Origin: a virus
Taxonomy: Duplodnaviria > Caudoviricetes
DNA: 53,207 nucleotides
IMG/VR virus record: IMGVR_UViG_3300049174_000048
Location: 1-53,207 of that record
Strand: one strand, 5' to 3'
Shown piece after piece: positions 25,071 through 33,940 of this stretch. The notes below the pieces were generated by a model. The model ran no database searches. It had not been told where the DNA came from and saw only the letters and a program-made list of their open reading frames with translations. The translations under genes were made by a program, and so were the position numbers. Within the stretch, counting starts at the first letter, position 1. The number at the start of each line of letters is the position of its first letter.

Positions 25071-26606
25071 TCACAGCCACTCCCGCGGGTCGTCACCGGT
25101 GACAAGGTCGGACAAGCGGCGCTTCTCGCGCAGCGTATCGACAATCTTCATGTCAACCGTGTCGTCGCAGACGATGTCGATGATGCTGACCGGGCCGGCG
25201 CCCGGCTCGACGGTCTCGCAACGGTCTTCAGCCTGCAAGCGGCCCTCCAGGCTGAATTCGTTGCTGTAGAATATCTCGGTACGTGCAACCGCCATGTTCA
25301 AGCCGCGCCCGCCGGCGCGAGGCTTCGATATCAGGTCTTGGACTGTTCCATTCTGGAACTGTCTAAGACCGGCTGCCCTTTCTTGGTCCTTGACGGTCCC
25401 ATCGTACCGGGTCCACGTGCGCCCCAGCCGGTCGAGAACCTGAGTGATTTCCTCGATGTCGTGGTTGAACCTAGCCCAGATGACGCATTTGGGCGGGTTC
25501 TCGTCAGCCAGCAGGTCGCGCAGCGCTTCCAGCCGCGGGTTCTTGTGGTCGATCGGCTCATAGCGCACAGGCGCGAACCAATAGCCGCCGTCGCATTCGT
25601 CGCACCCCTGACCCGAGCATGCGTCGTGCAAGCCGGCTTCCAACGGCGCGGGGAAGCAGTTCGAGGTAACCTGCTGCAACCGCATCAGCCGGGTCAGCGC
25701 ATGCAGCACGACGCGTTCATTGCCATTGATCTCGGCGACGTACTGGTCGCGCAGGTCGTCGTACACCCGGCGTTGCGCCGGGGTCAGGGAGAACCAGACC
25801 TTCTGGTACAGCTTGGGCGGCAGGTCGGCGCATTCGCTGCGCAGCACACGGGATGAATAGCCTGCCAGACGCGCCTTCATCTCTTCCATGTTCTTGAAAT
25901 GCTTGATGACTTTGTACGTGTCGCCGCCCTGCGTAGAGCGTTCCTCCCATTCGGCATAGTGCGCCTTGAATTCAGCGTTGGTCTTGAAGCCAAGTATCGC
26001 CGGGTCCAGGAAGTGCATCTGGTTGTACAGGTCCAGCGGGCTCTCAGTCACGGGCGTGCCCGTCAGGAGGCGGCGCACGACGGATTTGCGCGCGATAGCG
26101 CGTATAGCCGGCGTCCGTGTGGCACCGGGGGTCTTGATTATTTGGCTCTCGTCGATTGCCGTCATGACATAGCGGCGCTTGGCGAACAGCGCGTTCAGCG
26201 CCGCCTTGCCGGCTTTGGTGATTATGGCGTCTATGTTCATGGCGAAGAACAAGAGGCCCTTGTGGGCCAGGGCTTGCTGGTAGGCGGCTTGCCATGCCTT
26301 GGAGCCGGCGCGTGCGCCGTTCCACGCCAGGAACATGGGGCGGCAAGCCGGGTGCGCATGCTTGGGCGCTTCTTCGAGTATCCAGTTGAGGTGGACACCT
26401 TTGGGCGCAATGACCAGCAGCGTGTTCACTTCACGCCTGGAGTGGCGGTAGACGGCGGTATCGATGACGATCTTGGACTTGCCGGTGCGCTGCTCGTGGA
26501 ACAGAGCCCACAGCTTGGCGTCCTTGTGACGGTTCCACTCGCGCAGCTGGTGGGCGCGCGGCATGGTGTGGAAAGGGAAGTCCAGCGCTACGGGGGAGCC
26601 GTCCAT
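25071..26606 (-). CDS. SNF2-family (SF2) helicase
   Basis: EQRTGKSK, IDESQIIK, LTGTPV, WARF, GRGLNM, QAEDRC. Confidence 0.9.
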   Translation of the reverse strand: MDGSPVALDFPFHTMPRAHQLREWNRHKDAKLWALFHEQRTGKSKIVIDTAVYRHSRREVNTLLVIAPKGVHLNWILEEAPKHAHPACRPMFLAWNGARAGSKAWQAAYQQALAHKGLLFFAMNIDAIITKAGKAALNALFAKRRYVMTAIDESQIIKTPGATRTPAIRAIARKSVVRRLLTGTPVTESPLDLYNQMHFLDPAILGFKTNAEFKAHYAEWEERSTQGGDTYKVIKHFKNMEEMKARLAGYSSRVLRSECADLPPKLYQKVWFSLTPAQRRVYDDLRDQYVAEINGNERVVLHALTRLMRLQQVTSNCFPAPLEAGLHDACSGQGCDECDGGYWFAPVRYEPIDHKNPRLEALRDLLADENPPKCVIWARFNHDIEEITQVLDRLGRTWTRYDGTVKDQERAAGLRQFQNGTVQDLISKPRAGGRGLNMAVARTEIFYSNEFSLEGRLQAEDRCETVEPGAGPVSIIDIVCDDTVDMKIVDTLREKRRLSDLVTGDDPREWL

Positions 26607-26682
26607 GATGTTCTTGTTATTCTGGCTGGTTGTCAGGGGTTGCAAGGGTAGCGGTCGGGGTGGCGAAAGTAAAGGGGGTTGC

Positions 26683-27402
26683 TTAGCGGCGCAGGGTGGT
26701 GTTGATGATGTTCTTGTATTCGTCGGGTACTTCAGCGAGTGAAGCATAGGTGGGGAAGTAGACCTTGCGGCCGCGGCGACGTTCAGTCTTGAGCAATCTG
26801 GCGCGGACCAGGGCGCGAGTATGGAAGCGCATCTTGGCTTCGGCGTTCAGACGCCCGGCTTTGGTGTCGGTCTCATCACCATAGAATTCTTTGACAAAGT
26901 CGCCGTTTTCATAGCCGCGGCTGGCTCGGCGCATGTCGCGATAGACGTAGTGCAGCACGTCCACCGGGGACAGGCGCCGGTCGCTATGCTTGTGGTTCAT
27001 CGGCTGGCTGGCAGCGTCTGCGACCCTGACGAACAAGCCCTTAGCCTTGGCCATGGCGGTGAACTGCGCCAGCCACAGCGTGTCGGGCGCGTCGCTGCCG
27101 TCGGGGTTGGTGCCTAGGCGCAGGGTGGCGGTACCCACCACGGTGACTTCGGCGCGCTGGTCGGATAGCGGGTTGGGTGGGGCTGCTGGCGGCGGCTGGG
27201 TGGGCGGCGGCTGGGTGGGCGGCGGCTGGGTGGGCGGCGGCTGGGCGGGCGGCGGCTGGGCGACCGGGCGGCGGCTGGGCATGGCTTTGGTAAAACCCTT
27301 ACGTGACCCTGAACGATGCGGTACAGGCTGCAACAGAGTTACATGAACACGCAAGTGGTTACGTGTAAGTGTTTGACGTACGAGGCGAACGATATATGTC
27401 AT
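26683..27402 (-). CDS. Pro-rich protein with possible C-terminal winged-helix DNA-binding domain (start uncertain, 27402 or ~27282)
   Basis: five QPPP(A/T) repeats; C-terminal RALVRARLLKTERRRGRKVYF. Confidence 0.5.
   Translation of the reverse strand: MTYIVRLVRQTLTRNHLRVHVTLLQPVPHRSGSRKGFTKAMPSRRPVAQPPPAQPPPTQPPPTQPPPTQPPPAAPPNPLSDQRAEVTVVGTATLRLGTNPDGSDAPDTLWLAQFTAMAKAKGLFVRVADAASQPMNHKHSDRRLSPVDVLHYVYRDMRRASRGYENGDFVKEFYGDETDTKAGRLNAEAKMRFHTRALVRARLLKTERRRGRKVYFPTYASLAEVPDEYKNIINTTLRR
27186..27262. repeat. 15-bp tandem repeat (GGCGGCTGGGTGGGC-like) encoding QPPPT
   Basis: about five units read directly. Confidence 0.85.
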
Positions 27403-27490
27403 ACGCTACAGGTGGATACGCGTAACCACTTGATATTTGGTGAGTGAACTATTCAACGTGACCCTTCTAAGGATACGCGTAACCACTTGA
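27352..27490. repeat. 20-bp direct repeat GGATACGCGTAACCACTTGA (27414, 27471) plus an inverted near-copy (27352)
   Basis: read directly in the AT-rich divergent region. Confidence 0.85.
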
Positions 27491-27980
27491 AAAATATGAT
27501 TTCCAATAGGGCGAGCCAAATTCAATATCTTACAGGCAAGTGATTGAAAAGTCAGGGAGCTAGCTGTTGCCAACTGTACTGCATCGCTCCGGGGGGCTAT
27601 ATATAAGGGGCGGGGTGTTAAGTAGTAAAATGCTCGTGAAAGTTGGTGGTTGCACGGGGCGACGGACCGAGTAATCATGGCTGTAGGGTCGCAACCTCCC
27701 TGACCGGGGCACCGACAGGGTACTACACTGTATGTATAGAGAGGCTACACTGTATGGATATATACCCTGTGCGTATAGATAGGTCTGATGACCTGGGATG
27801 GTTAGTCCATTGGGATGGTAAATCACGGCCGGTGAGATGTCGGACGGTGCGCCAGTTGTTCTCGTGGAAGAAGTATCAGCTGCTGCATCTGGACCAGCTG
27901 GGCGAGTTGCTGGACGGGCGACGGCAGGACTGGGAGCGGCACGTCGTGGAAGCCCTGGCCCGCGGTTATGGGCTGCTGGA

Positions 27981-28466
27981 ATGACGGCGCTGTGGTACGC
28001 GGCAGCAGTGCGCGCCGGTCAGGACGCCGTGGCGGCTCACCACCTGACCCGCCAGGGGTTTGGGGTGCAGGTCTTGCGAACCGAGAAGGTGACGGTGCGC
28101 CGTGGCAGGCGGGTGGTCGTGCCCCAGCTGCTGCTGCCAGGGTACGTGTTCGTCAGGTTCGATCGCGGTGTCGGTGGGTGGCAGGTGATCAATAATACAC
28201 GTGGTGTACGGCGGCTGTTGCCGGTGTATAGTGATGCTCCGGTGGCTCTAAAAGAGGGGTTTTTCGAGGAATTAACTGCTCTAATTGACCAAGTGGGAGC
28301 AATAAAGGTTGGTCAGGCGCTAAAAATAATTGCTGGTCCTTTCAATGGGTTAGAGGTGGTTTGTAACTCGTTGGACAAAGAAGATTACAGTTTGTGTGTA
28401 TTGATGACTTTGCTATCGCGAGATATTGTGGTAAGGCTTGGGCTTGATGACGTGGTGCCTTGTTGA
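27981..28466 (+). CDS. NusG/RfaH-family transcription antiterminator
   Basis: WYAA...HLTRQGF...LLPGYVFV...NTRGVRRLL (NGN domain); VGQALKIIAGPFNG (KOW). Confidence 0.88.
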   Translation: MTALWYAAAVRAGQDAVAAHHLTRQGFGVQVLRTEKVTVRRGRRVVVPQLLLPGYVFVRFDRGVGGWQVINNTRGVRRLLPVYSDAPVALKEGFFEELTALIDQVGAIKVGQALKIIAGPFNGLEVVCNSLDKEDYSLCVLMTLLSRDIVVRLGLDDVVPC

Positions 28467-28524
28467 TTTGGTGCGGCACTCTCCGACCGGTGCAGCCGGT
28501 GCGGCTGCGGTAGCTATTTGAGCC

Positions 28525-29184
28525 ATGGACGGACAGAACCTTCCCCCTGATGATCAACCGCCGCGCAAGCGCCGTGGTGAAGGCTGGAACGGCAAGACGC
28601 CGTCGCCTTTGTGGGACAACCCGAACAAGGGTCCACGTCCCCTGAACAAACGACAGCAGCTGTTCGTTGTCGAGTACTTGAAAGACTACAATGCTACCGG
28701 TGCAGCCAAGCGCGCTGGTTATTCTAACAAGTGCGCTACAGCTGTTGCGACCCAGCTGCTGAAGCACCCTGCGATCAAAGAAGAAGTCGACCGCATCCAG
28801 GCTGAGCAACTCAAAGACATCGGCATGACTGCTCGAGAAGTCTTGCTCGAGATAGTCAAGATGGCCCGGTTCAATATTCAAGACTATACGACCTTGGATC
28901 AGGACGGCATGCTGGTGCCGGATTTCAGTCAAGCCACGCGCGAGCAGCTGGCCGCCATTGCGTCGGTTGAGACTGAAGTCTACACTGAGGGTCGTGGTGA
29001 AGAAGCGCGCACGGTCAAGCGCATGAAATTCAAGCCGTGGTCCAAGGAAGCAGCGCTCAAGCACCTGCTGGTGCACTACGGTCTGGCAATAGAGAAGCAC
29101 GACCTGACCAACAGTGACGGTACGCTGCGCCCGGCGCCGATGGTCGTGCAGTTCATGGATGCGCCCGAGGACAAGGGCGAATGA
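28525..29184 (+). CDS. terS: terminase small subunit
   Basis: LNKRQQLFVVEYLKDYNATGAAKRAGYS...LLKHPAI. Confidence 0.9.
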   Translation: MDGQNLPPDDQPPRKRRGEGWNGKTPSPLWDNPNKGPRPLNKRQQLFVVEYLKDYNATGAAKRAGYSNKCATAVATQLLKHPAIKEEVDRIQAEQLKDIGMTAREVLLEIVKMARFNIQDYTTLDQDGMLVPDFSQATREQLAAIASVETEVYTEGRGEEARTVKRMKFKPWSKEAALKHLLVHYGLAIEKHDLTNSDGTLRPAPMVVQFMDAPEDKGE

Positions 29185-29411
29185 CTGGCTCGCCACAGTA
29201 CACGTGGTGGCCCTACGTGGTGCAGCGCGCCGGCTGGGTGCGCTGGCAGGTCGCCAGGGCCGATGCCACGCGCAGCAGCGCGGTGTCGCCGCTGCGCCCC
29301 CTGACCCGCCTGGGGCGCTTCTGGTTCGCATGCAATGCCAGGGCTGCTGCTGCTGAACTGTGGCAGGCACGCGTTGATGGTCAGTCCATGCCGCGGGACC
29401 GTGCAGCGTGA
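29181..29411 (+). CDS. hypothetical protein
   Basis: ATGA and GTGA overlaps between terS and terL. Confidence 0.45.
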   Translation: MTGSPQYTWWPYVVQRAGWVRWQVARADATRSSAVSPLRPLTRLGRFWFACNARAAAAELWQARVDGQSMPRDRAA

Positions 29412-30682
29412 AGACGCCAGCCATACGCTGCCTGCTGCCGCGCAAGACGCAGTGTCTGTTCTGGGACCGTCGGTACAAGGTCCTGTACGGCGGGCGCGGC
29501 AGCGCCAAGTCGCACAGCATAGCGCGGGCGCTGATCGCCAGGGCGCGTGCCGGCAAGGAACTGATACTGTGCACCCGCGAACTGCAAGCCAGCATCCGCG
29601 ACAGCGTGCACCGCGTCCTTAAGTTCATTATCTATGAACTGCTGGGCGACAAGCAGACTGAATTCGACATATTGACCGACGGCATACGGCACCGTCTGAC
29701 CGGCAGTGAGTTCATCTTCAAAGGACTGCGCCACAACGCTGCTGAGATCAAGTCGCTCGAAGGCGTTACTATCTGCTGGTGCGAGGAAGCCGATAGCATC
29801 AGCGCAGAAAGCTGGGCGTTGCTTGACCCGACAATCCGGGCGCCGCGCAGTGAAATATGGATCAGCTTCAACCCTGACCAGGAAGAAGCGCCGATCTACC
29901 AGACGTTCGTCAAGAACAAGCCGCCGCCCAACAGCGTCGTTGTCCAGATGAACTATACGGACAACCCGTGGTTCAAGGGCACCGAACTGGAAGTACAGCG
30001 GCTGCACGCCTGGAACTTGGCCAATGAAACGGGTGACTGGGACGCGTACAACTGGATCTGGCTTGGTCAGACACGCAAGGTCAGTGACGCGCTCATCTTC
30101 AGGCGGCGCGTCAGCATTGTGCCGTTCGAGACACCGCAGGTCGACAGTCAGAACCGGCCGATACAGTTCTACCATGGTGCAGACTGGGGCTTCGCCAACG
30201 ACCCGACTGCACTGGTCCGCTGCTGGATGAACGAGGACCAGACGGAACTGTACATCGACCGCGAAGCATACGGCTACCATGTCGAGATTGACGAGACGCC
30301 TGCACTGTTCAAGCAGATCGACACGGCCGAACGCAGCCACATCTATGCAGACAACGCGCGTCCTGAGACCATCAGCTACATGGGGCGCCAGGGCTTCAAT
30401 ATTGACCCGGCAGACAAGTGGCCAGGGTCGGTTGAAGACGGGATCGCCCACCTTAAAGGCTTCCGCAAGATCTATATTCATGCAGTCGAGTGTCCGCGAC
30501 TGGCGGAAGAAGCACGACTGTACTCGTACAAGCTGGACAGGCTGACCGGCAAGGTGGCGTCACCACCCAGCATCATCGACCGGCACAACCACGGTTGGGA
30601 CGCGACCCGGTACGCGCTGAACGACTTCATACAGTCGCGCGGCGAACTGGGCGTCTGGCGCAAACTGGCGGAACTGACCTGA
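29408..30682 (+). CDS. terL: terminase large subunit, PBSX/SPP1-type
   Basis: YGGRGSAKSH, IKSLEG, WCEEA, SFNP, NYTDNPW, GADWGFANDP, NHGWDATRYAL. Confidence 0.95.
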   Translation: MKTPAIRCLLPRKTQCLFWDRRYKVLYGGRGSAKSHSIARALIARARAGKELILCTRELQASIRDSVHRVLKFIIYELLGDKQTEFDILTDGIRHRLTGSEFIFKGLRHNAAEIKSLEGVTICWCEEADSISAESWALLDPTIRAPRSEIWISFNPDQEEAPIYQTFVKNKPPPNSVVVQMNYTDNPWFKGTELEVQRLHAWNLANETGDWDAYNWIWLGQTRKVSDALIFRRRVSIVPFETPQVDSQNRPIQFYHGADWGFANDPTALVRCWMNEDQTELYIDREAYGYHVEIDETPALFKQIDTAERSHIYADNARPETISYMGRQGFNIDPADKWPGSVEDGIAHLKGFRKIYIHAVECPRLAEEARLYSYKLDRLTGKVASPPSIIDRHNHGWDATRYALNDFIQSRGELGVWRKLAELT

Positions 30683-30683
30683 C

Positions 30684-31052
30684 ATGCAGCACCGGCTGGT
30701 CAGCGATACCGACGTGCCCGAGGCAGTGAACACCTGGGCGCGTGACCTGTTCGTCAAGCTGAACCGGCTGGCTGCCGGACAGGTCATGAACCAGTCGACA
30801 GTCGGCGCCGTGCAGCGGCTGCTGGACAGCGCAATCGAGGAAGCGCAGTCGCGCGGGCTGGACGTACCGCAGCTGGTGATAATGCCGCTGGTCAAGCAGA
30901 ACGCCATCGAAGTGTTCCGGCGTGACCTGGACACCGACGGCATACAGCGCGTCATGCTGCGGCTGGTCGCCAAGTACCCCAGCATCACGGAAACTGAGAT
31001 CGTGTGGGCTGTGCGCAGCACGTGGCCCGAGTATGGCAGGCAGCTGACGTAG
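30684..31052 (+). CDS. hypothetical protein
   Basis: fills the terL-portal gap exactly. Confidence 0.6.
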   Translation: MQHRLVSDTDVPEAVNTWARDLFVKLNRLAAGQVMNQSTVGAVQRLLDSAIEEAQSRGLDVPQLVIMPLVKQNAIEVFRRDLDTDGIQRVMLRLVAKYPSITETEIVWAVRSTWPEYGRQLT

Positions 31053-32969
31053 ATGGCAGCCACCAAGCGCAGCGCCAACCAGCGAGCCGCGCGCGAGATG
31101 CGCGCCGCTGCTGCTGCGCCCATGACGCACACGACGCACGACAGTTTCCAGAACTACGTGGCGCGCCTGGGTATCGGCACGGGCAACCTGAACGACGGCG
31201 CCACGTACGGCTTCAACCCGGTCAGTCGCAACCGCAACCTGCTCGACTGGATGTACCGCGGCAGCTGGATCGTTGGGCAGGCAGTCGACGTCGTCGCGGA
31301 CGACATGACGCGGGCCGGTGTCGACATCATCAGCGAGAATGACCCGACGGTCATAGACAAGATCCATACGGCGTTTCGCCGGCTGTGCCTGTGGCAATCG
31401 CTGAACAGCGCCATCAAGTGGGCGCGCCTGTACGGCGGCAGTCTGGCCATCATCGTCATCGACGGTCAGGACTTGGCGTCGCCACTGCTCCCCGACCGTG
31501 TCGCGCGCAACCAGTTTAAAGGAATGCTGGTCCTTGACCGCTGGATGGTGAACCCGTCGTTCAACGACTTGGTGACCGACATCGGACCCGACTACGGTCT
31601 GCCGCGCTTCTACGACACGATCACCAACGCCCCTGCTCTGCCGCAGATGCGCATACACCACACGCGGTGCATTCGGCTGGACGGCGTCAAGCTGCCGTAC
31701 TGGCAGAAGGTTGCCGAGAACTTGTGGGGCATGTCGGTAATTGAGCGGTTGTACGACCGGCTGGTTGCGTTCGATAGCGCGACAGCCGGCGCGAGCCAGC
31801 TGGTGCACAAGGCGTGGTTCCGTACGCTGACCATCGATAAGCTGCGCGACATTATCGCAGCAGGTGGGCCGGCGTTCAACGCGATGGTCAATAACGTCGA
31901 CATAATCCGGCGCTACCAAGCGCAGGAAGGTCTGACTTTGATTGACAGTCGCGACAAGTTCGAAGTGCACCGCACGACGTTCGCCGGTCTCGACGACTTG
32001 CTGCTGCAATTCGGGCAGCAGCTGTCCGGTGCGTTGCAGATACCACTGGTGCGCTTGTTCGGTCAATCGCCTGCCGGCTTGAACGCAACTGGTGAGAGCG
32101 ACATTCGTAATTACTACGACAGCATCAACCAGCTGCAAGAGCGCGACATGCGCCGCGCGCTGGAACTGTTGCTTGATGTCACCATGCGCAGCGAGGGCAT
32201 TGGCAAGCCGGACGGCTTTACCTGGGAATTCTCGCCGCTGTGGCAGCTGTCGGACAAGGAAAAAGCCGACGTCGCGCAGCAGTACAGCACGGCGATCATC
32301 AATGCGCATGACGCCAACTTGATTGGTGACAAGACGGCAATGCAAGAGTTGAAGGGTCTGGCACGCAGCACCGGACTATTCAGCAATATCACCAATGAGC
32401 AAATCGACAAGGCAGAAGAGGATCCGCCCGACCCCTTGCTTGCCGAGGCTGCGTCTCTCAACTCGCCAAACGGCGGGGCATCACCTGCTGCTGGGAACGG
32501 TGGTGCGGGTCGGGCGGACCAGCGCACAGGCGATGCCGTGGCGCAGGTCGACGTGCATGGCTTGCAAGTCGTCATAGAGAACGCCAAAGGCACGCGGCGC
32601 GAGGGTCCTGGCTGGTCGGTTGTCATGCCGGCGCATTATGGGTATATACGCCGCACTGCGTCGGCCGAAGGCGCCGAGGAGCAAATGGACTGCTACCTTG
32701 GACCGAACCCCATGTCGACGCGCGTCTGGATCGTGGAGCAACTGGATGCTGACAGCGGTTCTTTTGACGAGCACAAAGTCATGCTTGGCTATGACAGCCA
32801 AGAAGCCGCACTGGACGACTACCTTGCCGCCCATAGTGATGGGCGCGGTGGTGATCGCCTGGGTACTGTGCGCCGCAGTGACGTCGCTAGCCTCAAGTCG
32901 TGGTTGGATCGTCATTGGCGGTATGGTGGCGCAGCACACGCCAATGGAACAGGGGTGACGGTACAATGA
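31053..32969 (+). CDS. portal protein (DUF1073) fused to a C-terminal InPase (inorganic pyrophosphatase-like) domain
   Basis: YRGSWIV..AVD..A.DMTR, ARLYGG, IPLVRLFGQSPAGLNATGESD; C-terminal IENAKG.RR...HYGYI...D.YLGP...FDEHKVMLGY. Confidence 0.9.
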   Translation: MAATKRSANQRAAREMRAAAAAPMTHTTHDSFQNYVARLGIGTGNLNDGATYGFNPVSRNRNLLDWMYRGSWIVGQAVDVVADDMTRAGVDIISENDPTVIDKIHTAFRRLCLWQSLNSAIKWARLYGGSLAIIVIDGQDLASPLLPDRVARNQFKGMLVLDRWMVNPSFNDLVTDIGPDYGLPRFYDTITNAPALPQMRIHHTRCIRLDGVKLPYWQKVAENLWGMSVIERLYDRLVAFDSATAGASQLVHKAWFRTLTIDKLRDIIAAGGPAFNAMVNNVDIIRRYQAQEGLTLIDSRDKFEVHRTTFAGLDDLLLQFGQQLSGALQIPLVRLFGQSPAGLNATGESDIRNYYDSINQLQERDMRRALELLLDVTMRSEGIGKPDGFTWEFSPLWQLSDKEKADVAQQYSTAIINAHDANLIGDKTAMQELKGLARSTGLFSNITNEQIDKAEEDPPDPLLAEAASLNSPNGGASPAAGNGGAGRADQRTGDAVAQVDVHGLQVVIENAKGTRREGPGWSVVMPAHYGYIRRTASAEGAEEQMDCYLGPNPMSTRVWIVEQLDADSGSFDEHKVMLGYDSQEAALDDYLAAHSDGRGGDRLGTVRRSDVASLKSWLDRHWRYGGAAHANGTGVTVQ

Positions 32970-33196
32970 CCGAGGAACAGCCGGGTTTGGAACCCGACCG
33001 TGGCGCAGGCAATGTGCGTCGTGAGGATATCAAGCCGGGCGCGCAGTTCGTGACGATGCATGGCACGACGCGGCAGGTCGTCAGTGTCGATGGCGAATAC
33101 GTCTCGTTCAACCTTGCCGGCAGCGGCAACTTCGGCAGCCCAGCGCGCGCCAGCATGGCCAACTTCATCGCCGAAGCGCGGGCCAAGGTCGGCTGA
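32966..33196 (+). CDS. small beta-rich hypothetical protein
   Basis: ATGA overlap with portal stop. Confidence 0.55.
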   Translation: MTEEQPGLEPDRGAGNVRREDIKPGAQFVTMHGTTRQVVSVDGEYVSFNLAGSGNFGSPARASMANFIAEARAKVG

Positions 33197-33197
33197 C

Positions 33198-33728
33198 GTG
33201 GCGTCGCTCTATTCTCCGAAGTTTTTGACGGCTGATGTCGTCATTGCCTTCATGGAGAAGGGGCACGCCAACAACCCTGCCGATCCCGGTGGGGATACGT
33301 GGTATGGTATCAGCCGGCGCTGGCATCCACACGAGGACCCGTGGCCACCGACGCCGCAGCGCGCGCAGCAGATACGTCACGACGATTACTGGGTCGCGTG
33401 CTGCTGTGACGCACTGCCGACCAGTGTTGGGCTGCTGGTGTACGACACGGCAGTGACCAGTGCACCGCTGGACGCCAAGCAGACGCTGCAACGTGCCATC
33501 AACGCGACGCACTACGCGCCAGCGTTGGACGTGGACGGGGTTATCGGCGACAAGACGCTGGCAGCTGCTGCCATGATTGAGCCGCGGCGGCTTGCAGCCG
33601 AATTCCTGGCGCGACGTGCGCTGGACATGCAGAACGCATCCGCGTTCAAGACGTTTGCACACGGCTGGTACGTGCGGTTGTTCCTGCTGGCCACGGCCAA
33701 CGTTGACGGTCAGGTGCCGACATCGTGA
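33198..33728 (+). CDS. glycoside hydrolase family 108 muramidase (endolysin)
   Basis: EKGHANNPADPGGDTWYGIS, YDTAV, LQRAI, VDGVIGDKT, FAHGWYVR. Confidence 0.85.
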   Translation: MASLYSPKFLTADVVIAFMEKGHANNPADPGGDTWYGISRRWHPHEDPWPPTPQRAQQIRHDDYWVACCCDALPTSVGLLVYDTAVTSAPLDAKQTLQRAINATHYAPALDVDGVIGDKTLAAAAMIEPRRLAAEFLARRALDMQNASAFKTFAHGWYVRLFLLATANVDGQVPTS

Positions 33729-33940
33729 CGCGTGACGGTGGACCATTATTCAACAAGGAAGCTGACCAAGAACGCCTGCGTCGCTTGATGCACAATCCAG
33801 CGAATATACCCAACAGCAAGGCGCCGCCGACGCGTCGACCGCGCAAGCCGATCAACGGTCGGCTGACGCTGTTCGTCGTGCTGGCACTGCTTGCTGCATT
33901 CGGCTTCTGCGCGATGGTCGATTATGGTCCAACTCCCTGA
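33725..33940 (+). CDS. small single-TM protein (possible lysis accessory)
   Basis: hydrophobic LTLFVVLALLAAFGFCAMV; GTGA overlap with endolysin. Confidence 0.45.
   Translation: MTRDGGPLFNKEADQERLRRLMHNPANIPNSKAPPTRRPRKPINGRLTLFVVLALLAAFGFCAMVDYGPTP

Noticed and set aside
413-26651. Many long plus-strand ORFs over the left arm (e.g. 12586-13860, 14669-16045, 20244-21641)
   Set aside because: Antisense shadows of well-supported GC-rich minus-strand genes; no motifs or SDs
31053-32969. Anti-CBASS Acb1 label sometimes attached to DUF1073 proteins
   Set aside because: No paired HxT/S 2H-phosphoesterase motifs seen; the extra domain looks like InPase
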